Source: the human T2T-CHM13v2.0 reference genome, Homo sapiens
Direction: 5' to 3' (one strand)
Length of the DNA: 64,000 bases
Assembly (NCBI RefSeq): GCF_009914755.1
Contig: NC_060943.1
Below are positions 55,404 to 64,000 of the stretch, in pieces. Both the position numbers and the translations under genes were made by a program. The notes under the pieces are model-generated. The model did not search any database, was not told the DNA's origin, and worked only from the letters and a program-made list of their open reading frames with translations. The stretch's first letter is position 1. Every line of letters starts with the position of its first letter.

Positions 55404-55638
55404 TGGCTGAGGCAGGAGTTTGGGACCAGCCTGGGCTATATAGCAAGACCCCATCACTACAAATTTTTTACAAATTAGCTAGGTGTGGTGGTGCGCACCT
55501 GTGGTCCCAGCTACTCGGGAGGCTGTGGTGGGAGGATTGCTTGAGTCCAGGAGGTTGAGGCTGCAGTCAGCTCAGATTGCACCACTGCACTCCAGCCTGG
55601 GCAACAGAGCGAGACCCTGTCTCCAAAAAAAAAAAAAA
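55404..55638 (+). mobile_element. Alu (partial, AluJ-like) inside the KDM4B 3'UTR
   Basis: Alu motifs and A tail. Confidence 0.9.
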
Positions 55639-56150
55639 GCAATGTTTATATTATAAAAGAGTGTCCTAACAGTCCCCGGGCTAGAGAGGACTAAGGAAAA
55701 CAGAGAGAGTGTTACGCAGGAGCAAGCCTTTCATTTCCTTGGTGGGGGAGGGGGGCGGTTGCCCTGGAGAGGGCCGGGGTCGGGGAGGTTGGGGGGTGTC
55801 AGCCAAAACGTGGAGGTGTCCCTCTGCACGCAGCCCTCGCCCGGCGTGGCGCTGACACTGTATTCTTATGTTGTTTGAAAATGCTATTTATATTGTAAAG
55901 AAGCGGGCGGGTGCCCCTGCTGCCCTTGTCCCTTGGGGGTCACACCCATCCCCTGGTGGGCTCCTGGGCGGCCTGCGCAGATGGGCCACAGAAGGGCAGG
56001 CCGGAGCTGCACACTCTCCCCACGAAGGTATCTCTGTGTCTTACTCTGTGCAAAGACGCGGCAAAACCCAGTGCCCTGGTTTTTCCCCACCCGAGATGAA
56101 GGATACGCTGTATTTTTTGCCTAATGTCCCTGCCTCTAGGTTCATAATGA

Positions 56151-56156
56151 ATTAAA
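56151..56156 (+). terminator. Distal polyadenylation signal ATTAAA
   Basis: ATTAAA after a U-rich stretch, with GU/U-rich sequence (gtgtcttcatttc) ~40 nt downstream. Confidence 0.75.
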
Positions 56157-56689
56157 GGTTCATGAACGCTGCAAAACCCCGTTCCATGCCCCGGCAAGTG
56201 TCTTCATTTCTGAGCCTGTGCTAGGGGGACTGATGTTGGGGCCTCCCTGGGGTGGGGCTGCCTGCGCCCCGTTCTCCCGGGAGAAGGTTTGCTTCCAGAG
56301 CTGGATGTCCCTCCCCTCCCACTCTCCAGGGTCCCCAACACACCCCCACACACCCAGGGACAGCTGTCATGCCCCTCATGCTGTGGCCAGGCTGGGTGGC
56401 TGGGGCAGCGGACCCCATGATTCCCCCTCAGTTCTCTGGAGGCCTGGCCCTGGCCTCACTCGTCCCAGCCAGCAGCTGCCCTGTCCCTGTCCCCCATCCG
56501 GTTCTGGTTACATCTGAGCCCCGAGAGCATTGCTTGTGGTGGTGGTGGCTGGCAGACGTGCTAGGCGCTGGGGCTCACGGCCCTGGATGGCCACTGGGAC
56601 CCAGCAGTCCTGGCCTGGGTCACTCAGTGCCCAGCCCCACCAGGCCTGGAGTCGGCAGAGGGGACACGGGAGACCTGAGCCTCCCTCAG

Positions 56690-57200
56690 GGAGGTGACCC
56701 TCCTGTGCCTGGTGTGCTGCAAGAACATGAAGAGGCCCCTGTGGCTGGAGCAGAGGGAGGCAGGGGAGAGGGGGAGGAGGGGAGGCAGGGTGTGCAGGCC
56801 CTTGTGGGTCTCGGGAAGGACTTGGGCTTTGACCCTGAGGGAGGTGGGAGCCATGGAGGGGTGTGGGCAGGGGAGGGATGGGCCCTGACTCAGGTGCTCA
56901 CAGGCGCCCTCTGGTGATTGCTGTGGGGAGGAGACGGGGTAAGGGCAGAAGCTAGGGACCAGGGCAGGGGTCAGGTGTAGTGAGAAGCGGGTGGATTCTG
57001 GATGCATTTTCAGTGCAGAGCCAATAGGATTCGCAGATCACCCGAGCCCCTGGAAGGAGGCGTTGAGCTGGGAGGGGGTTGGATTTGAACACCAGACGTC
57101 CAGGTGAAGGTGCTGGGTCTGGGGAGGCTGCCCCAAGGCAGGTGGTCAGGGGCCGTCAGCTGGCAGGTGTTGGAACTAGAGGATGAAGTCACCTGCAGGG
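56690..57200 (-). mobile_element. L2 LINE fragment
   Basis: tgtggctggagcagag...aaggacttgggctttgaccctgag...gggagccatggagg. Confidence 0.65.
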
Positions 57201-58302
57201 AGTGGGTGGAGGTGGGGTGGGACCCAGGACTGGGCCCTGGGTGTCTGTGGTGGGACGGGGGCTGGGACACCCGGAGAAACCCAGGCCCAGCAGCCAGGGC
57301 TCGGGGGGACGCGGCCAGGCCATCCCTCCCTGGGCCCCGGCGTTCCCTCTGCAGAAGGAGTGTCCACCTGCCTGCTGTGCCGAGGGCTTGTGTCCTGAAC
57401 AGAGGGTGCCCTTGACAAAAAAGCTTCGTCCACCTACTGCCCCCAGCACCGACTCTCCTTTCTGGGGCCCTCTCGCCTCCAGCATCCTCTCAACACCACC
57501 AGGACTCAGTTCCCCTGTGTGCTGCAGGTGGGGAGGAGGGATCCAGGGTGGGGTGAAGCCCGTGGCCACAGGAGGCTTGGATGCTCCACCTGCTGCGATT
57601 TCCCGACAAAGACTGTGTCCCTCTTTTCTCCATCTCGAAAGCCTTCCCTGTGTGCGGGGACAGACACAGCCTGAAACCAAAGCCTCTGGGGTGCCCCCCC
57701 GCCCGCCCTAGGCCCTGTGAGGTCAGCGTCCCTGGGCCTCCCCAAGCTGGCAGAGGGGCCGTGGCAGGAGCAGGTGGTGCCTGCAGCGTCCTTTCCATTG
57801 TTCTCCAAAACGCTCTAAAACGGGAAGGCTATTTGGGACAGGCTGTTGCTGTCTGCCGAGCAGAGTAAAGATGAGTGGATAGGTCCCCAAAAGTGTCACC
57901 GTGCGGAGCCGATGAGGTCTGCACTCGGGCCGGGGTGGGCGCCCCGATGCCGAGGTCTCGTATCTCGGGGCAGTGTGTGAGACTCCGTAATCAGCACCTG
58001 AGTTTGGTTCATTTATTCCAGCTGCAATATTTTTATGCAACCTCTGTGCCAGGCTCTGGGGACACTGCTGAGGAAAAGGGAGAAAAAAACAAAAATACAT
58101 CTTTAATGCATGCTCTGAAAGACAAGAACGGGGTCAGAGATGGAGGGTAAGTGGTGGTCGGTCACAGACCACCAGAAGGGTGTCAGTGGACACCCTTTTT
58201 ATTAAAGAGGGACTCTTAAACAGATATGACCCCCCGATGGGACGGCAGATCAGAGAATCAGGCTGTGGGTACATTGTGTTGAGAGCAGGCACCTTCTAGG
58301 GC

Positions 58303-58521
58303 AAGGGCTGGCAACCTACAGCCCTCCGACCAAATGCAGCCCGCCACCTGTTTTTGTCAATAAAGTTTTGTTGGCACATGGACATGCCCATTCATTTACA
58401 TATGACAGCTGGCGCCCCGACAACAGCAGACCTGAAGAGTCACTGCAGAGCCCACCTGGCCTGCAAAGCCCAATGTATTTAGAATCTGGCCCTTTATGGG
58501 AAAGAATGTGCTCAGCCCTGA
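58303..58521. mobile_element. MER58A-like DNA transposon relic
   Basis: cctgtttttgtcaataaagttttgttggcaca...tggcctgcaaagcc...tctggccctttat. Confidence 0.75.
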
Positions 58522-59437
58522 CTTAGAAGAAGTGGGTGGTGGCAGCCTCCACCCTTTCTCTATGCCTGCAACAAAATGTTCTCCCATAGGGACAGCCCCT
58601 CAGTGCCCAGGTCCACCTTGGCTCTCAAAGGCTTCCAGTTAGATGGACAGTGGGCAGCCAACTGCCCCCGCTGCCACCCGCAGGAGCGGGTGGAAAAAGG
58701 AGGCTTTGACCAGGGACTTTGATTCATCTGTCCATCTGTCCGACCCACTGGGGGTGCTCTGCCCTCTACCCTTGGGCCACCTGCTGCCCAAGTGCTGGGG
58801 TCGGGGAGAGCCTGACACACTCAGCCTCCGACCCCTGCAGCTGCCCCCCACCAACCCCACCATTCACGGATTGGGCTCCCTCCCCTTCTGCAATGGAGAG
58901 TTCTGGCTCCCACTCCACCACGGTCAAGATTCACGGCTCCCATGACGGTGCTAAGATCCCGATGTGTCTCCCTCTCTCCCTGTGGCCACTGCCCCGACTC
59001 CTCCCACAACCTCAAATTGTCCCCTGGCCCCATGAGGCAGCTCTGGAACTCAAGAGTCACAGCCTGGTCATGATCATCAGGGAGAGAAGCTCCCAGGGAC
59101 TCCCAGGGCCCCAGAGACCAGGCACAGAACACAAGGAAGCTGGGGGACACGCCTGGGGCCTTGGCACCAGCCCGGGGAGGGTTATTTACGGATTAGATTT
59201 ACTCAGCGCTGCTGCTCTGTTAATGGAGAATATAAAAATTATTTGCTGCTGCAGGCAGTGTGAGGGGTGACAGCAGCCAGGAGGCGGGCGGAAGAGTGGG
59301 TGGCTCAGGGCATCCGTGCCTCCCAGCTAACTCGGTGACAGGGACAAATGCCTCCCTTCCCTGCAGCTTCCAGACGGAGGAGGGGGTCCTTGTGGCCACG
59401 ACAGCCTCCACCCCCACCAGCCCCAGCAGCTGCTTTA

Positions 59438-59762
<325 letters not shown>

Positions 59763-59884
59763 AGAAACACAAAGCCCAAAGTATGGGTGCCAAACGGGAA
59801 GTTTGAAAAGAGTCTCTGTGTCCCCCACCCCTTCCCAGGGCCCCTGCTGGTTCCAGAACATCTGTTGCCCTCTCACCCCCGTAC

Positions 59885-60313
59885 TCATCAGAGTGCTGCA
59901 AACTGGGGAGCTTCAACAGAGAATTATCCTCTCCCAGCCCTGGAGGCCAGAAGTCTGAGATCAAGGTGTCAGCAGGGCCACGCCCCCTCCCAAGAGTCCA
60001 GGGGGATCCTTCCCCACCTCTTCCAGCTTCTGGTGGCCCCAGGTGTTCCTGGGCTTGTGGCCAAATCACTGCAGTCTCTGCCTCTGGGGTTACACACCCG
60101 TCTCCTCCTCTTCTCCATGTCTGCTGTGTGTGTCTAATATAAGGACACTTGTAATGGGACTTAGGGTCCACCCACATAGTCCAGGATGATCTCCAAATCT
60201 CAAGATCCTTAATTACATCTGCACAGGCACTCTTCAAGGAAAAGGTCACAGCCCAGGGTTCTGGAGAAGAAGATGTGGACAGATCTTTTTGGGGGCCATT
60301 AGTCAAGCCACCA
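59885..60313 (-). mobile_element. MLT1C/B-like LTR
   Basis: ggaggccagaagtctgagatcaaggtgtcagcagggcc...ccttaattacatctgca. Confidence 0.8.
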
Positions 60314-60665
60314 CCGCAATGTCTGTTTCCCCATCACAGATCAATAGCCCCATCCCTAATTGCCTGGTCCTGTGACTGCCACCTCCCACCTCCCCTGAGA
60401 GGGTAAGGATATGGTCTTGGTCCCCAGGAAGTGGCAGGGGGTTCTGTGAGTCCTGGTGTTGGTGGAAGTCAGGCTCTGGAAGGACCCTGGAGGCGAAGGC
60501 TCTGGAGGGAGGACCCGACGGAAGGACAGGCATGAACTTGGCATGTGGATTCCCCATGGGTGGGTCTGAGAGCCATGGAGGATGATGTAGCAACTAGTAC
60601 AGATGGCCCAGGACTTAGCCCAGGGTGGTCATGGCTGTCTCCCACACTCACCAACCGTGATCTTA

Positions 60666-61441
<776 letters not shown>

Positions 61442-61599
61442 ATCCCCCATCTAAACAGGACACCCCAACTGCTGTTGGGAATTGGGCGATGACCGCTCTA
61501 GCTACTTCCTGCTGGATAGGGGCGAAGAAGGGGCCCTGCAGTTGTGGTGTCCTCCAGAGGGGAACTCTTTAGGCCAGTGAAAGGGCCAGCAGGTTGGTC

Positions 61600-62200
61600 C
61601 AGGGGTCCTCAGTAGAAGTTGTTAGTTGAGCTCATTTGGGGTTCCATTTGTAAGATCATCTGTAGCTTGATGGCCTCAATCCTAGAGGAAACAAATTTGA
61701 CAAGGAGGTTAAAAATACAGGGCCTGAAGGCAAGTAATAGCAAGATGGCTGTCACGGGACCTAGAAAGGGGAAAAGCCATGTCGCCCAATTCCAGAGGTT
61801 GTTATAAGAGTTTGAAAGGCATTGTCTGATTTCAGAAGCCTTTTCCTGTAAACGCCAGGCGGCGTCTCCTATTATCCCTGACTGATTAGCGGAAAAACAA
61901 TGCTCTTCCCCTAAGAAGGTGCAAAATCCTCCTTTCTCAGCAGTGAGGAGGTCTAGACCTTGACGGTTTTGGAGTCACTGATGCCAAAGAGTCTATTTGG
62001 GATTGTAGAGTAAGGATAGATTTTGTTATTTCTTGCAAACTGTCTGAGAAATCCTTTGAGAGTGTGTGGTAGTAGGCTAGTGAAGTGGACAAACCTGCTA
62101 TTCTGATTCCTGTAGCAGTGGCCATTCCTAACCCTGTAAGTAGGGGTATTAGTTGTATGGCTCTGTGCTGATGGAGTTGAGCTTTGAGGGGCACTGATAG
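61600..62200 (-). pseudogene. ERV9 env transmembrane subunit remnant
   Basis: RAIQLIPLLTGLG fusion peptide; QNRQGLDLLTAEKGG immunosuppressive domain; degenerate CX6CC; WLFPFLGP membrane anchor; frameshift near 61975. Confidence 0.85.
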
Positions 62201-62784
62201 GGTCTGATTTCCACAAGATTAGAAGTTAGGATAATACATGTTACACTGTTGTTAACTTTTAGCAAACTTTACTTTTGTTGAAAACCTTGTAAGTCTGGGA
62301 TTTCAATTATTCTTTGCTATTAATAAGACCTCGTTCAGTCCATATTAACTTAGAATTGGTATAGATGGCTCCTTCCTGATTCTGTAAGTACTTTAAGGTT
62401 TGGCTGAGTGCAAACAGCTCTCACGTTTGAGCAGACCAATTATTAGGCAATTTTAATACCCATTGTATCTTTTTCCCTTAATCACCGGAGAGGAACCATC
62501 TATTGTCCTGTCCTGAAGGGAGTACCTTCTAGGTCTGGTCAGACCTTTGTATGGTAATTAGGATTTAGATCCCCTATTAGGAAACCTGCTGGGTTAAGGA
62601 TTTTTGATAGGAAAGCTACAGGTTGTCAGTGGCCTCAGTGCTTTCAGGCTACGCCCCTGTTTACGCTGACAACAAGGTGGTATTGGAGTGTTACAGGGTC
62701 ATGGAGAAGACCTCCAATTAACAATTGTAGGTTTTAAATTTACCCAGGCTTTTAAAGGCATAGGGTACACTGTTTTTTTCTTTA

Positions 62785-63140
62785 CTACTTCTATCTCTTT
62801 CTTTCTCTCTTTCCTTCTCTCTTTGACTTTCTGTCTCTCTCTCTCTTTCTCTCTCTCTCTGACTCCCTCTTTGTCTCTGTCTCTTCCTCTCTTTCTCTCT
62901 TTCCTTCTTTCTTTGACTTTCTGTCTTTCCCCTCTCTCTCTCTCTCTTTCTCTCTTTGACTTTCTGTCTCTCTCTTTCTGTCTCTCTCTGACTCCCTCTT
63001 TGTCTCTGTCTCTTCCTCTCTTTCTCTCTTTCCTTCTTTCTTTGACTTTCTGTCTTTCCCCTCTCTCTCTTTCTTTCTTTCTTTGACTTTCTGTCTCTCT
63101 CTCTTTCCTCTCTGCTGGTCTTTCCCTGCCTCTCCTTCCC
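62785..63140. repeat. CT-rich low-complexity tract with ~130-bp internal duplication, inside the ERV
   Basis: gactccctctttgtctctgtctcttcctctc at ~62861 and ~62990; ctttgactttctgtct repeated. Confidence 0.9.
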
Positions 63141-63149
63141 CTTTTTGAT

Positions 63150-64000
63150 AGCTTCAGCAGTGTAAGACTGCCACCTCCTTGGGGTTTTTGCACTGCATGC
63201 AATAGCTCCATGATTTCCTTGTGGTATTTAATGGGGGTTCCCCCAGAGGTTAGGAACTCCTTTTCTTTCCATATTGCAGCATGGGCATGTAGGATTAGAT
63301 AAACATACTCGCTATCTGTATACACGTTCTTTTTCCCTTTCCCAGTTCTAAGGCTCAGATAAGTGCCACTAGTTCTGCTAACTGAGCGCTGGTCCTTGGG
63401 GGAAGAGGCTTACTTTCAAGTACTGTTACATAACTATGGCATAACCTGCCCTTCATATCCCATTCTCCACAAGTGAACTTCCATTGGTATATGGATTAAG
63501 GTCAGGATTAGCTAAGCGGACTTCTAAGAGATCCTCTCAGGCGGCCTAAGTCTGGACTATAATTTGTTGGCAGTCATGCTTGATTGGTTTCCCATCCTCT
63601 GGGAGAAAAGTGGCAGGATTGAGGGGTGCACACATGCGTATTTGAAGGACCATTCCCTCAAGTAACACCTGGTATCTAAGCAGGCGGTTGTCTAATAGCC
63701 ATAAACTTCCTTTGGCACCTAGTATGCCATTTACATCATGAGTAGTCTGGACAGTGAGATCCTTTCCTTATATTATTTTGATAGCTTCTGATACTAAGAT
63801 GGCCATCGCCGCAACTACCTGTAAGCAGTGAGGCCAGGCTTTTGCTACTACGTCAATTTCCTTAGGTACACCACTAGTTGTAGGGTTGTCTCACGAGTCT
63901 GAGTAATGACTCCAAGAGCTATTCCTGCTCTCTGTGTGACGTATAAAGAGAGGTTTGTTCCTGTGGGAAGGCTTAAGGCTGGAGCTTGTAGTAGGGCCTG
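63150..64000 (-). pseudogene. ERV9 pol remnant (RT connection/tether and RNase H)
   Basis: LNPATFLP; YTNGSS; SAQLAELVAL; YTDSEYVYLILHAHAAIWKE. Confidence 0.85.

Larger units (their letters stand above)
54088..56178 (+). other. KDM4B: KDM4B 3'UTR (end approximate)
   Basis: Follows the stop; AU-rich blocks at 54320-54640 and 55860-55900; ends just after ATTAAA at 56151. Confidence 0.8.
61442..64000 (-). mobile_element. Defective ERV9 (HERV9) internal region, continuing past the window end
   Basis: env TM remnant next to the LTR; pol tether/RNase H remnant further in; many stops and frameshifts. Confidence 0.88.

Noticed and set aside
55868-56155. 95-aa ORF in the distal 3'UTR
   Set aside because: No recognisable domain, and ORFs of this size are common by chance in GC-rich DNA.
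62688-63325. 208-aa and 132-aa ORFs rich in R/E/K or S/L/F
   Set aside because: They are translations of the CT/GA low-complexity tract; only the N-terminal YTDSEY part is a real but decayed RNase H.

Overview
Eukaryotic (human-like), GC-rich genomic DNA. It holds the 3' two-thirds of KDM4B (JMJD2B, JmjC H3K9me3/H3K36me3 demethylase) on the + strand. Fourteen GT-AG coding exons (12393-54087, 2373 nt, phase-compatible at every junction) encode the end of the JmjC region, an acidic/Pro-rich linker, the PHD-Zn knuckle-PHD module and the double Tudor domain. A ~2.1 kb 3'UTR follows, ending near ATTAAA at 56151. Introns contain ~20 Alus, MaLR/ERV LTRs, MER58/MER20 DNA-transposon relics, old L1/HAL1/L2 fragments and several GC-rich minisatellites. 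The window ends in a defective minus-strand ERV9 provirus (LTR12 with an AluY insert, env TM remnant, pol RNase H). Most notable: (1) a 75-bp tandem repeat copies the end of a Tudor exon plus its 5' splice site five times, in frame and stop-free; (2) an 82-bp G-rich repeat reiterates another exon's donor 9-mer 16 times; (3) a 102-nt in-frame cassette exon is missed by the ORF track; (4) the ERV9 is chimeric, with a second, divergent RNase H segment where integrase and env SU should be. Most long ORFs in the track are artefacts of GC-rich or repeat sequence. Exon numbers assume the last exon is 23 (from recall). Repeat family names come from recognition, not a database run.
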